DNA of 64,000 bases from Flectonema sp. DT1601 (lineage: Eukaryota), in assembly GCA_964019425.1 (NCBI GenBank), contig OZ025796.1, positions 186,001 to 250,000 of the forward strand, written 5' to 3'. The notes below the pieces were generated by a model. That model saw nothing but the letters and a program-made list of their open reading frames with translations. It made no database searches and had not been told where the DNA came from. Shown here piece after piece: positions 36,225 through 49,998 of the stretch. Position numbers and translations under genes: made by a program. The first letter of the stretch is position 1; each line of letters starts with the position of its first letter.

Positions 36225-38247
36225 AATATATTGAGTACTGTAACAGAAATATATCATAATAATAAAATACATCACGATCTCCATACAGATGGTACCTGTT
36301 ACGTAAATAGATTTCAAGCTGAAGTACTTAATATATAAGGTCAGGCTGTTACAGGTGTTTCTTTTTTCTTTTTCTTTTTCTTTTCTTTTTTTCCCCACCC
36401 CCTCTGACTTTCCTTCGTCACTATATCAACATTAGCACAAAAACAAAAAAAACTTTCGAAGCCATCTTCTATATGTGGCTAGGAAGCCAGGCAGACAGGG
36501 AGCTGCAGACTATACCACTGCAATGGTCTAAGGAAGTAGGAGACACAACATATAGAGTGCTTCGGAATTGAGACCAAAACGTAGGTCCCTCAAAAGAATA
36601 GATAGAAGCTTTCACTTGTTGCTCTCCACAGCAGGCGAAAATGATTTGAACAGCCGTTATTTTATAATTTTCTATTTTTATTTTTATTTTTTTTTGTTCC
36701 TTTTTTTTTTTTTTTTTTTTTTCCTGTCAATTTCCGTTACAAAAAAAAAAAAAAAAAAAAAAAAATTTAAAACGGGACTGAAAAAAAATGAAAAAAAAAT
36801 TGGATGCATTTTAACGAGAGGAAAAATTTTTTTTTTAATTTGTTGCGGGTCAGCAACCACACACAAAGTGTTGTGAGGTAATATACCAACAAGTCATCTA
36901 CAGTCTTGTTAGTATGTAGCTCTCCATTGCAATCCATGCTCAAACGACTAGTCTGAGTGACCAGTAGGAAATAAACATTTCAGTAGAAAAGAGAACGTCT
37001 TACTATATTCAGCCTTGGAAAAAAATACCAGCGGCCTAAAAAAAAAGAATTTATTCTCTATAGTTCAGGGGAGTTTTAACAGCCGCAGAATCCACCCGAA
37101 GTAAATGCCTTTCAGCATGATGCTGTCAGGGATCCAGGAAGTCAGATTTGTTTGGTTTTTTTTTTCGTTTTTTTTTTTTTTTTTTTTTTTTTTGTATCAA
37201 AAAATAATAAAAAGTCGTAACAAGGTTGCTGTAGGTAAACCTGCAGCAGGATTATTACTAAGTCGAATTCTGTTAGTCAGTCAGCCGTTGGATGGCTAAG
37301 AGGACCGATATTATTTTTTCTGGAAAAAAACCCAAGAACAGGTAAAACTGCTTTGCGGTCCCCCAGTAGGATTACTGGTGGATGCTCGGCTCTAAGATTT
37401 TTGTACTTGCAACAACAAAAAAAAAAAATAAAATAAATAAAAGAAAAACAAATAAACAAACGAATAATATTACGAAAGCAAAGATAATTTCAAAATAAAC
37501 AAAATAATTTTTTTCTTTTTTCCACAAAAAGATACGACTGACAACTATTTGAGAAGCTGAACGTTTCCGCAGCCGCTTTCCTGCTAAAAAAAATAAGGTA
37601 GCCTGGATCGCGTGGTATATCCTAGCGAACCACCTGAAGAAAAATTAAACGAAAGAAGGCAACAAATAAACACATGCATCAAAAGCCGAACCGTGAATTC
37701 CCTGATCACGTTCAGCCTAGGCTTTGGAGAAAAAAAAGAGGAAAAAAATGTGAGCTTCTTAGCAGGGTACTAAGTGCAAAAAAAAACGAGGAATTTTGAA
37801 AAAGAGGAGGATACGCAACAATAGAGAGTAGCTATCAATCTCACCAGATGAAAAAATAGGTGAGAATCAAAAATAAAAAATAATAACAATAATAATAAGA
37901 GAGGGGTAATTTGATACTGCATTTCTAAGCTCAAAGGAACAACAATTTTTCTCCATATGAGAGGGGGAAAAGACGTACCTGACTACACGCCTAAAACACA
38001 ACGTGAATTTAGTAAAGGGGAGTGAAGAAGAAACAAAAGAAAAAGAAAGAACAAAAAACGCTTCCAGGTAATTCCAAGCGAAAGCAGTGCTCTGGCAGCA
38101 ACAAACTACGTCTCGAACTTTAACTAGAAATCATAATCACATACTTCACACCCAAATGCAAAAACTCACTAGCACACTATGTCTATCTGAGCAATTACAT
38201 CAAAGCATGAAAGAATGTCGTGTACACTCGAAAAAGTCTGGGGGGGT

Positions 38248-38419
38248 TGTATGTTCGATTTTATAAAAATTACAACTGTGCTGTATCATAAAAACATAAA
38301 GATAATTTAACATCAGTTTTAGATACAGTTGACTAAGGGTGATGCGCAACTTAGCATAATAAAGTAACTATTAGGTTTCGAGAGTACTCTTACCTCTATT
38401 CTCTCTCATTAGTATGGTG
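38248..38419 (-). mobile_element. 5'-truncated copy of retroelement family 2 with an inactivated hammerhead
   Basis: Same terminus after a G-run. Degenerate TSD tcgaaaaagtctgggggggt / tcgaaaaggtctgcggggt. The core is mutated to CUAAUGA and most of the cleavage strand is deleted. Confidence 0.75.
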
Positions 38420-39067
38420 TCGAAAAGGTCTGCGGGGTGTACACCACCTCACGCAGCAATACGAGATCACAGTATTGTCATACAACTAGCTTCACCATCC
38501 TAAAAGAGAAACGGGAAAAACAAAACAAAAAAAAGGGGGAAGAAGGGAAAAAAGAAAATACTAATAAAATTTCGCGGTTGAAAAAAAAAAAAGGAGGGCC
38601 TACAATTGTCGGCAATTTGAAAGCCAGGGAATGAGGAATTTATTTTTTTCAAAAAAACAACGAAAAAAAAGAAAAAGAAAATTTGAACAAACAAAAAAAA
38701 GGTTGATTGGCGCTATTCGTTATCACCACATTAAAAGTTCTTTTTTTTTTTTTCTCCTTTCTCCCATCCTGGATACCGATGCGCACAATCACGCAAGAAA
38801 GAGAGCTAATAAAAAAAAAAAAAGAGAGAAAAGAGAGAGAAAATGGGAATCAAGGCTCAAGAGAGAAATGGATGAAAAAAACAAGTCTACGTGCAAAATA
38901 CCATCAGAACCACGTTTTTTTCAAAAATCGTGAATCGATAAGGCAACATAGCAAGGGATTATTATGTAGTAATAATTTACCTAATCCTTATGTTTTTTCT
39001 TTTACTTTTTGTTTTTTTTTTGTTTTTTCTTTGAATTAGAGCATGCCATTTTTTATCGGCAAAATAA

Positions 39068-42000
39068 TCACTTTGACCCGCTGTCACTGTCACTGATGTT
39101 GTTGATGTTGGAAAAGTCCTGTTGCTTAATTAGCTCTTCTCTGCTGCTAGTAAGTGGCTGACGAAACGAATGATGTATAACCTCGAGAGCGTAGCTATGA
39201 GCATCCACCCTAACCTTTGCATCGACCGCAATAACACCACAAAGAGCTAACAGGTAATCAACGAAATCCTGTTTTTTTTTTTTTTTTTTTTTTTTGTAAA
39301 GTTTATGTGACCACTATCATTAAATAAAACTATAGAATTACACACCCTTTGTAAATAAGTTCTCGCCTGCATCAACATTCTGCCATACATATTCATACCG
39401 GAATTTACTGGACCTGTTCCCCAGTAGATTGAAGAAAGATTGTCCTGATTATTATTATTATTATTATTATTTTTTTTTTGAAATTTTAAGACCAATAGCG
39501 ATCACTAAGGCCATAACATGTACATACCCTTCTATCATCACAGACTAAATAGGTGTTCCCCGTGTTGATTAGAGCGACATTTCTCTTGTTCAAACCATTC
39601 TTCATGTTGTATAATCTAGTCATTGCCTCTACCATGATTGCAGTACGAATCTGTATTTTTTTTTTTTTTTAATGTTCCTTAACAAGTCTTACTCAAACAG
39701 CAAAAAAGAACAGCAACACATACCTGAAGAGGCTCATCAAGGCATTGCATGATTTTGGCATACAGAGAAGGGATCGTATCAAAAGATACTTCCGACTCCC
39801 AATCAGAACGCATAGGAGGATTACAGTCTTCGTTAAGGGCTAATTTCAGAACAGCTTCTGCTGTCGGAGCCGACTCGATTTCACTACGAAGAGCACTCTC
39901 TGGGAACTTTAAACTTTGGTAGTAATGAAGGATAGTCGGGTATTCCTTACCCTCGACCATCATTGGTGGACACAAAGCTGTTTCAGCAGCAAGTATTCTA
40001 CGCTCATAAGAGTATAAGTACGTAGCCACAGGTAAGATAGTTTCTTGACGACAATTCTTACAGAATACTGACGTATGACTTGTACCTTCAAGATGAGTCT
40101 TAAAGCAGGTTTGACATAGTGTCGATACTGTGTTGTTATGTTCAACAAATCTCCAAAGTTCAGGTTCTGCTTGTCCCTCAGCAAGAATAAGAGGCTCACC
40201 ATTGTGAGTGACAGATGTGACAGTTCCTGGTAACCATCTTCCTTGGTTACTACTTCTAACTCTAACAACATCACCAATGCTGTATTGAGATTGACATTTT
40301 AAAACTGTTGAAAGGATAGCAACGATAAGAGCCGCAGCTGTGAAAGGCTCAGCAGTAATTTCATCTCTAAGCTCTTCTCTCATCGCCATGAGAAGTTTTC
40401 CGTAGACGTTATCTCCAACCCATTTACCACTTCTGTTGATAACACTCCAATGACGTTCCTCATCAGGTTTGGAATCGTCAGCATCAGTAGCAAGTAGGAC
40501 AGCAGTTCCAGTAGATAAGAGTTCTCTGTGATGATTTTTAACACCATGATTCAATGTAAACTTTGCTCTGATTCCATTCATCATGATCTCATCTCTGTTT
40601 GTATCCCAATTTGGATCAATCTTTGGTCCGTTGACCTTGTCGTGACCAAGAGCTAATACGTGCTTAACAGACCTGGCTTCTATAACCCTCCTCCTGTACA
40701 AGAGTCGTTCTTCACGATAGCGATCATGGATGTCAGGATATTTACATGATTGGTAATAATGTTCAGTAGTTGGGAATTCAGTTCCTCCGACAACAAAAGA
40801 GACATACGATGAAGCAGGAAGTAATCCCAAATCACCATAATGAGACTCAATAACGATAACATCTGTATCCTTATAAAAGTCTTTTGGAATGACGTGATTA
40901 ATTTGTGTTTTTCTATTACGAATTGTCACAACAGGAGTCCCATAAGCGTTATCACAAATCCCCTTTAAGAGGACTCCTCTGGCTGCGAATTTCCAATTTG
41001 GAGAACCGTCGTCATTGGCTACGAGTGTGTAGGTCACGTCAGATTCTTGTACAACACATCCCCACCAAGGCCATAGGGTTCCCATGAAGGTGTGTTTTAG
41101 TTGTTTGGCATTTAACCAAATCTGAGGAATGATTTCTGGAAACTTGTCCTCACATTGCTGACGGACTCTATCAACTACAGCTCTGAACCAGACTTGTCTG
41201 ATCACCCAAATGAGTCGGCTTCTGGCTAATGGGTTTGATTTTCTCCCTAACTCTTCATAAATAAAGTTAGGACTCCTCATTAAATATTTCTTTGGATACC
41301 ATTGAAACATATGTTTCTCTTCAACTAATGAACATTGGATTAGACATTCTTCTGTGTCACGTCCATTTGTTGATAGAACTCTTGTAGCTCTTACCCAACC
41401 CTTTCTACCAATACCCTGTTTGTAAGCAGTGTTTAATGCCTGGATATTATGTTGGTTTAACGAACTGCGATAAGCCATAGTTAGAGAGTAGTCGTCAGGG
41501 TCATTTGGTGGAACGAGAAGCTTTTGAAGACCTGATGATCTAAGTGAACAAGGGTCATCAATTGATAAGTAGTGCTCATCAAGCTCTTCATCACTACTAC
41601 ATGTTGATAAGTGAGCTGCTCTCGTCTTTGATAATACGATTTTATGGAAAGGACTACTGTCTTGATCAATGCTGGCACTTCTTTCTTCAATTGTTGTAAA
41701 GGCGATTGATTCTTCAGTATCGGTAGTTCTTATCTTGTCTCTCTGAGACATTGCTTGTAGTCTTGCAATGAGTCTGATTTCCCAAAATGTTTTCTTATCT
41801 AAGACCGACTTCTTCACAACACTTTGCATTTCTTCTTCGATGTGTCCCCACTTTGGAAGTTCAAAGTTTGTGAATCCTCTGTCGCTTCTCCGTTCTAATT
41901 TTTCTTCTTTTCTAACGAATTCGCGAAGACTTCTCGAACGTTCTCCGCAAAGACTACCAAAGGTTTGAAAAAATGGTTTCAAGCAACGTCTGATTGCAGC

Positions 42001-44769
42001 ATTTACCTTCTCTGAGTCACCTTCAGTAAGTAGACCATTGTGGGAACAGTGCTGTGCTGATTGTCTCATTTGAACAACAAGTAGTCGATGAATAAAAGAC
42101 TCATGAATTGCTGCAATAGTACCACGAACACCAGGTAGGCAAGCACTGATTTTTTCGATCAATTCATCAGCTTTGTCGTAGCACCACTGCAAGTCTTCTT
42201 CTTCAGCGACGACTACATTCTCGTAGACTGATCCGTCGTGACCTGAAGTCATTAACTCGCCCCAGGTTTGTTCAATTTCATGCCAGGCATCTTCGTGAGC
42301 TGCTTTGTAGAATAGCAGACAGTGAATTGCCAGTCGAAGTTTATTTCTGAGGTACGCCAGGGTGTTTTCTTCAGAAAATGTCCAGCTTGCCACTTTTGCA
42401 AACATGTCATCTCGGCATTCCCAATACGATGCAACCTTCTTGAGTTTTTTCTCTAAAGCCATAGTGAGTGAACCTCCTGAGAGACCAACTGCTTCTAAGA
42501 TACGTTTGAATTCTAATTTTAAATCGTAGTGACCTCTGTATGTTGTTTTTCCTGGCATGTTAGTAACCCAGACGTGGTCCTCATCTTCGACGTAAAAAGT
42601 TGCTTCTTCAAGTATGCCGTACACGTCTGAGTCGATAATTCTCTGTTCTCTCCATTCAGAATATCTGTGTTGAACGGCCTTGATAACAATTCTTCTTAAA
42701 TCTTCTCTGATTGCTGCAAGAAGACCAGTTCTCTGTTCGACGTCTTCTTCTCTGCTTGATAAGAATCTCTGAAGCCATCCAACTGTGTGAAGTGATGTCA
42801 TGTGACTGAAATCAGGATACCAAAAAAAGTTACTCTTTTGAATAAATCCAAGCTTGCCTCCATATGTTGGTTCCTGTCCTTCACTTACTCCAGCAGAAGA
42901 AACTATTTTATTGCCTGAAAATGTGAATCTTCTTACGGCAGTTTTGGCTGTAAGTTTGTCTTTGACGCGAGGTGGCCATGGGCCGCTTTGGATGTGTTTG
43001 TACTTCGCGACGAAGGTTGAGTTATTAACGATACGAACATGTGGGATGCAGAGGATCATGCGGCCTGGAGATGATGGTGAGTCAGGAAGGCTATCCTTAT
43101 TATTAAACCATTCAACAACCATTTTCTTATAATTATCTTCCTTAGTACGAACACATTTAGTACGAGAAGCTCTATTCTTTGTCGTAAATTGATGTTCTTC
43201 AGCAAGTCTTTCCATTTCGTCTTCAAGATCCTGCTCGACGAGTGGTCCCCAGCAGTCAAGACGTTTAATATTCCTCGCTAGTTCATCAGAATTAGTTTGA
43301 ATAAAATCCAAAGACAATTTCAGTGTTGTTTTATGACCAACACTCGTCTCAGCTAAACCAATATGTTTATACAGTAATCCCGCAGTGGTTCCATTTATAG
43401 CAATCGTTAAAGCAACTAAACCAGCTACTAAAAATTGAATTCGAACCCTATTCACTTCAGCGATGCCATACTCGTCAGATACGAGGAGCGCTAACACCAG
43501 ACCTACTGCTCCTCGTAGTCCTCCAAACCAGAGAATAATTCCTCTCCTTACTGACATTCCATAACCAAGTTTGCTTAATGCAGGCCACAGTAGAATAATC
43601 GTTATACCTCTTGTGATGTGAACTAAGATATACAACACAAATAAGTATCCCCAATCAGTACCAGTAATTCTAGTATCAGCAACAAGGTTGTATGTGAAAG
43701 CACCAGATAAGACAAACAGAACAGTGTTCGCAGTGTGACCTAAGAAAGCCCAGACATGATGCATGTATTCGTGTACCTCAGGTGATATGTTTCTCTTTCC
43801 AATACCACCCATATAAACACCAAGGGTAACCACAGTAAGAACACCCGATGTATGAAATGCCGATGCTTCAGCTGTCCAAAATGATAAGTACGCAGCAGTG
43901 ATGGTTAAACTTACTTCAATAGTCGGATCATTAATACAGAACCGAAATAATATTTCACTGAACCCAATTCCAAAAGCAAGTCCTAAAGCTGGTCCACCCA
44001 CAGCCATTCGAAATGACTTGTCAATAACATCACCAGCACTCAGAGAGATACCAGCAGCAAAGTCTTTGAATATTAAAAAGATTACGAAAGCACTACCATC
44101 ATTCATTAACGACTCGGCTTCAATAACTGTACTCAGAGGTCTTGGTGCTGACAACTCCGATAGTAAACCTACAACAGCAACAGGGTCAGTAGCAGAGACC
44201 ATTGCTCCAAACATGAATGCTAAAGTCCATTCCCATTCATATTCTGAAAACCATTCATGACATAAAACTCCAGTCATTCCGGTTGCCATAATAACACCGG
44301 GAATTGCTAATAAGAAAGCCTGAGTGAAACACTTTGTAAACACGTGATAGTTCATGTTGAACGCCGACTCAAACAACAACGGTGGTAAAAACGCATGTAA
44401 AATCAAATGCGGATCCATATTAACCATTCCATTTGTTGCGTGTCCCAGTACGTCAAGGTTTCCTGCTTCAGTAAGAGCACCCATTGCGAGCCCGAACAAG
44501 AACAGGAGGACAGTAAAAGGCAATTTCGGCCAGTGTTCAGGAAGCCTTACGAGAATTAGAAGAACAACAGCACCCAAGAGAAGCGTAAAGAAGAAGAACA
44601 TAATAGGTTCATGAGCATCTTCCGCAGCGTACGATATAACTTTATGACTACGTCCTTCAAGAACAACCTCAGCTCCTGCTTCATTCGGTGGTGGTGCAGC
44701 TGTTCCTTCTACAACCACAATCGTGGTGAGAAGAAACACCGCAGACACCAGAAAACAATTCCATTTCAT
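39068..44769 (-). CDS. CPA1 Na+/H+ exchanger (SOS1/NHX7-like) fused to two NADAR/YbiA domains; exons 44769-39724, 39650-39528, 39444-39346, 39268-39068 (~1822 aa)
   Basis: Transporter motifs FLPPLLFESA, SATDPVAVV, ESLMNDG, GGLRGAVGL. NADAR motifs FPTTEHYYQSCKY..WD..MMNGIRAKF..LLSTG..GDNVYGKLLMAMRE, and a second copy completed by three in-frame GT-AG splices (YWGTG..GMNMYGRMLMQAR). Confidence 0.85.
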
Positions 44770-44893
44770 CGGTTAGCTGTTTAGTAATAAAATTTATATA
44801 AAAAAAACATTCACCGCAATCCCATATGGACTTGGGTTAACACGCAACAAATTAGACATGAATCATTATAACTGGATTCCTATGAGGGGGAGA

Positions 44894-45102
44894 TGTATGT
44901 TCGATTTTTATAAAAATTACAACCAGTGTTGTATCATAAAAGCATACGTATCCTACACGGTCTGCAGAACCAGGGCAGGCGCGTCGAATACACCCAGACA
45001 ACTTAACGATAGGACTGTAAACTGTAAAAGATAATATAACATTAGTGACTGCATCAGGGTTTCGAGAGTAATCTATATACCTCTTTACCTATTCTCTCGT
45101 CA
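44894..45102 (-). mobile_element. Truncated family-2 retroelement copy with an ~80-bp internal insertion and a partial hammerhead
   Basis: Family terminus follows a G-run. The minus strand retains UGACGA..AGG-UA-UAUAG-auua-CUCUC-GAAA-CC. Confidence 0.7.
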
Positions 45103-46366
45103 ACAACAATTTAATTATCTGATGGGGGAATAATATTGTTGGTACCTAGTCTATTCATACCTTTCCACTTTTATAAAGAGAATCACATGGCATTTGCTTA
45201 CATGTTAAGCAAAAGGCTTTTAAAAAAAATACCTTCTTCGATCTACGAAGCTAAATTAATCAAATCCAACGAAAAGGGGAGATTCGACTATGAACTATAT
45301 TCCCCAGTACAGTAATGCTGCTTTGATAGCCGTACTAGGCTTTACTTAATTGGCGTCCGGCATCAATATGTATAAAGCTAATTCTCTTGTTGGGTTAGAT
45401 GTTTGTACAGTGCCTGCTCTATTTGTACTAATCCCATAGGCTGGTGGTGGTGGTTGTTTTTTTTGTGAAAGAGAATTAGATTTATCTTTAAAAAAAAAGA
45501 AATTACATACTTCATATGATTTTCTTCCGCTATTAAAATGCATGAGAGACAGGTCATCGAAGGATTCTAAGAATTTAAATAAATCTGTTTTGTCGTATCG
45601 TATCGTAGTTGATGTTGTTGTTATTATTTATATACACCCGACCATGTAATCAATAATAAAACATACCTTTGATATCGTATGTGATTTCTTGCATAGCTGG
45701 ATTCTCTTGTTTTAGTCTCGTTTGAAACATTTGACAAAGTCCTTGCATTGCTTCTCCCTGGTTTTATTTGTTTATTCTTTTTTTTTTTACATCGGGGTGT
45801 GGGGAGGGATTTTTAAAAAAAAAAACACATACTAAAGTCTCATAATCGCTGTAGGTTCGAGAGCTGAGCTGTGCCGTAGGCTGGTACATTAGTATCGCGT
45901 GGCTCATTGTATAAAAATTGGGCTCCTGGAGTTAATAAAAAAAATAGTAATCAAAAAATAAAATAAAAAGTTTCCATGCAAAGCATCACTTTTTGCTCAA
46001 TAAACATAAATGCCGTTTTCCTGTTAAATAGAAAGGGTTGCTGATTTTGTTGTTGTTGTTTATTTGCTTTTTTTGTTTTTCTTAAAGAAAAACCCCTCTC
46101 TTGTCGATACCATAGAGGTCACACTACACTGCATTACTGATTGTGTTCTACGAAAGCCAATTTTTATTCACCAAACAAAAAAGAAGAAAAAGAAACGGGG
46201 AAAAAAAAAATGACAAAAAAAAAAAAAAAAAGTAGAACTCCTCGCGAACACGTCGCGTAAACTCATACTGTGATCCGCTTAAACGACCAAAAGTGATGGT
46301 CTGTGAATCCGAAAAGGCTATGGCCTCTGAACAAGATAATACCATTAAGAATGAAATGGCTCTCAT

Positions 46367-49300
46367 TTACATTCCGATGTCCGCTCCGTGTTTTGCTAGT
46401 TCTAAGAGCATCGGATCGTCAAAATATTTATTGATAGAAACGTCTTCCGTCATTCCCTTTCTTCGACGAGTCTTAACCATGTAATCACGTGCTAAGAAGT
46501 GAGGCTGACTAGGTTCCAACGGTCTTAAAACGATGTCTCTGTCGAGAGGATCGCTCGGAACGATTGTCCAACGGTCAAACGACGACTGAATAAAAGCCTG
46601 ACCATGAGTGTGAGTTCTAATGTCTGTTTCGAGACCAAATGAATCCATAATCGGAACATAGCCATTTAAAACAAATAAAGGTGTTCCTGGTAATTTAGAT
46701 TCATCAACAATATGACCCCTCCTCCTCGCCATTATAGTCATGATTGCTGGAATGCAGTCTAAAGATGTGATAACTTCGACAGCGTATACGGGTTCCATTA
46801 ATCTTGGTGTTGCCATTAAAAACGCTGAATACGTAACTCTTTTTGCCGCAGGTATGATTTGTCCATTAGCTCTTTGCATTGCTTGCTCTGCTACGTCTGC
46901 TTCTAGTAAGCGAAATTTAACATTTCTAATTTCTTCTCCACATAAAGGACCATCTCTAGTTCCCCAATCAAACCCTTGTACAACCGAGTCTTTAATTCCC
47001 ATTAGCCTTTGTCGGTTAGTCTGTTTTGTTGTTTTTATATTTTTCTTCTTTTTTTTCTTTTTTTTCGTATCAAACACAAACACACACAAAAAAAAAAGCA
47101 TACCTCCGAAGCTATGGTGTCGTCAAGCAATACGTTTGGACCAGCGGTGTCAGGACCGAACCTGTTGTGTTATAATTACGTTTTATTTTCTCTCTTTCTT
47201 TTTTTTTTTCTATTTAAAAGAAGGAACAAAACAAAACACATACGCCCATATCGATCTCGCCGCTAAGGTATCCCATCCATACTTTTCCTCGAGGAATGTT
47301 CTCATCTTTTTCTTTGGCATGTCGAGTGTGATTTCTGTGTTGTTAATTCTTCGTTGGTGTTGCGTCAGACAATAGAAAAACAGAATTCAATAACATTCAC
47401 ATCAAAAAATACTCTTGGCTCCACCTTAACACTAAGTGAAGCTTATTGAAAGATGCTTCGTAGCTGACTCGGGCGCCGTAAATTATTAAAAAAAAGAGAG
47501 CAGGACAGTTGCGGCAATCACTCAAAAAAGAGAGAAAATGAGTGAATCTCATCTCGAAAAGAACAAACTCGTGAGAAACAGAAGGAACTCTTGGCTCCAC
47601 CTTAACACTAAGTGAAGCTTATTGAAAGATGCTTCGTAGCTGACTCGGGCGCCGTAAACAAAAAGCTAAACAGTAAATCACAAAACAAAAGAAACTGTCG
47701 TCCATCTTGTTTTGTGAAAGCACTCTACTCTCGACAAGGTTAACGGTCTTGTGAGAGTGAGAGAGAAGGAACTCTTGGCTCCACCTTAACACTAAGTGAA
47801 GCTTATTGAAAGATGCTTCGTAGCTGACTCGGGCGCCGTTAAGCGAACAATCGTCCAAAAGAATAAATAAAAATAAAACACAAACCTTCTGCGACTATGT
47901 CCTTAGCGAGGTCATCCTCAAGAGGCTCAGCAATCATCGTAATTTTGTTTTTTTTGTTAGGAGATTCAGCATTGCATTTGAGAGACGAAGTCTCAATTAC
48001 AGTCTCTGTGAATATAGTGACCGGGTCGGATACTTTAACTTCAATATCGGAGTACATCTTTCTGAGATCGTGAAGCATGCAGTCCAGGTGCATCTCACCA
48101 GTTCCCATTATAATATGCTCACCTGATTCTTCTACTCGTGTGATGCTATTAGGAAATGTTTTGTTTACCTTACGTAACCCATCAATCATTTTGGGTAGTT
48201 CAGAAGGTAGAAGCGGTTCCACAGCAACTTTCACAACAGATTTTGTAGGAAATGAAAGAGATTTAAATACATGAATATCATCATTTCTCGGAGAGCAGAT
48301 CGTAGCAGTCTTAACAATCTTATCATCGACACCTTCAATTAGAACATGAGAACCTGCTGGGGCAGTTGAAACCTCATGGAGACTCCTCCCCTGACATATC
48401 CAAAGCTTTCCTGTCTCAGCTAAAGACATGTCTTCTGGGTCATCAGTCGTGTATGACTCACCTAGGATTTTAACTTGGCTATTGTGTTTTAGTGTTCCGG
48501 AATACACACGTCCGAAAGCGTCAAAGCCGCTTCCATCTGATCTGTGAAGCAGTTTCGTAACGTGTACGATTAATTCACCTTCAGGACTACTGTCACAAAC
48601 TGATTGTGTAGATGCTTCTCCAGTCTTACCACTGAAGATAATTTCAGCCCTGTGAGGCATATATTGTGTTGGAGACGGTATCATATCAATTATCATTTCA
48701 TTAAATCCAGTTGTGTTGTCAAAGAATCGACTGCAAATGGTAGTCATGAGTGGTTCTGCATCCTGTTTAAGTTCTGTTTTCCAAAGTCTAATACCCAATT
48801 CATCAAGAATTGGTGTTAGTGATTTAGGATCCTCCCCTATTGCCTGAGCTTTCATTTTGTATAAGGGTTCGAGAATGAAAGAAACGAACGAAAGTTTATC
48901 TTGTTCACCTTCTTCATTCGTTTCTGGTTTTCTGTTGAATGTACGGGTTTCAGGATTGAAATAAATATCACCCCAAAGACGGGCTGCGAATCGATCCGAG
49001 TCTAGTCCTCCTCCGTAGAAATCTTTATATATTCTTGCGAACGATTTTAGTGTAAAAGACCATCCGTATTTCGCACTTGCAAAGCAGACATTCCCCAACT
49101 CAGGACTCAGCCTAGGAGATTCTTGATTTGTTACTTTGCAGTAATTTGGATGAATTCCACACGATTGTATATAACTGTTAATGTCACCAATGACGTGTTG
49201 CATTTTTTTAAATGCGTCGTGAGGAGGGATGTGAAGTTCAAGAATCAACCTATCTATCTTATTTAACACCAACACCATAGGAATACATTCACGTAATGCG

Positions 49301-49998
49301 TGAGTAATAATTTTTTTAGTTGTTGTTCGAAGACCCTCAATTACATCCACACACAGGACTAACCCGTCGCTGATACGAAGACTGGCTGTAACTTCATCAA
49401 TGAAATCAATGTGTCCTGGGGTATCGATCATGTTGAAAAGGTAATTTTTACCTCTGCTGTCTTCCATGAGTGACGATACCGGTGTCGGTTTGATTGACAT
49501 TTTACGTTGCTGTTCATCTAGTCGGGTGTCGGTGAATCCATTTGTCTCTCCCAATAAGTAGTCAAAGAATGAAGTTTTTCCGTGACCAATGTATCCAGCA
49601 ACAGTAATATTTCTAACAAATTGTTGTTTCTGAGACATTGAATGAAGGTAGTCAGATTCTCTGGTATTTTTTTTTGATTTTCGTGAATCAACGTTGAATT
49701 TCTTTTCAACTGTTGGAGCAATTATCGGTACTTCAATAGGTTGCGCATCCTCTTCTCCTACAATGATCTGAGTCTCATCGCCATACACCTCTTCAGCATC
49801 TGGATAGTATTTCTTGTCTTCATGGAGAACCACTGCTGTTGACATCGGTCCTTCAGCGTCCTCCATTTTCTCGTCACCATCTTCATCGCTTGATAAGGTT
49901 TCCTCTGTGCTTGATACTTCTGATGACGATGATGATGATGCCTCACTTTCTTCTATTTTTCCAATAAAGTTTCCAAATTCATCATATTGCCCATCCAT
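46367..49998 (-). CDS. SNU114: U5 snRNP 116-kDa GTPase; exons 49998-47886, 47334-47244, 47161-47104, 47020-46367
   Basis: Motifs [34 protein letters not shown]. The spliced middle reads [30 protein letters not shown]-terminus [21 protein letters not shown]. Confidence 0.96.
47411..47479 (-). ncRNA. Single-hairpin AGA-box (H/ACA-like) snoRNA, third copy in transcription order
   Basis: 69-nt unit identical in three copies. It forms a hairpin with pocket GAGUCA/GUUA complementary to LSU helix 69 (UAAC-UA-UGACUC), and the AGA lies 15 nt from the top of the pocket. Confidence 0.8.
47587..47655 (-). ncRNA. Single-hairpin AGA-box (H/ACA-like) snoRNA, second copy
   Basis: Identical to 47411-47479. 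Confidence 0.8.
47771..47839 (-). ncRNA. Single-hairpin AGA-box (H/ACA-like) snoRNA, first copy
   Basis: Identical to 47411-47479. Confidence 0.8.

Noticed and set aside
47411..47839. Repeat-spacer-repeat pattern resembling a CRISPR array
   Set aside because: The units (69 nt) and spacers (over 100 nt) are too long, there are no cas genes, and the array lies in a eukaryotic intron. An AGA-box snoRNA fold with an rRNA target explains it.
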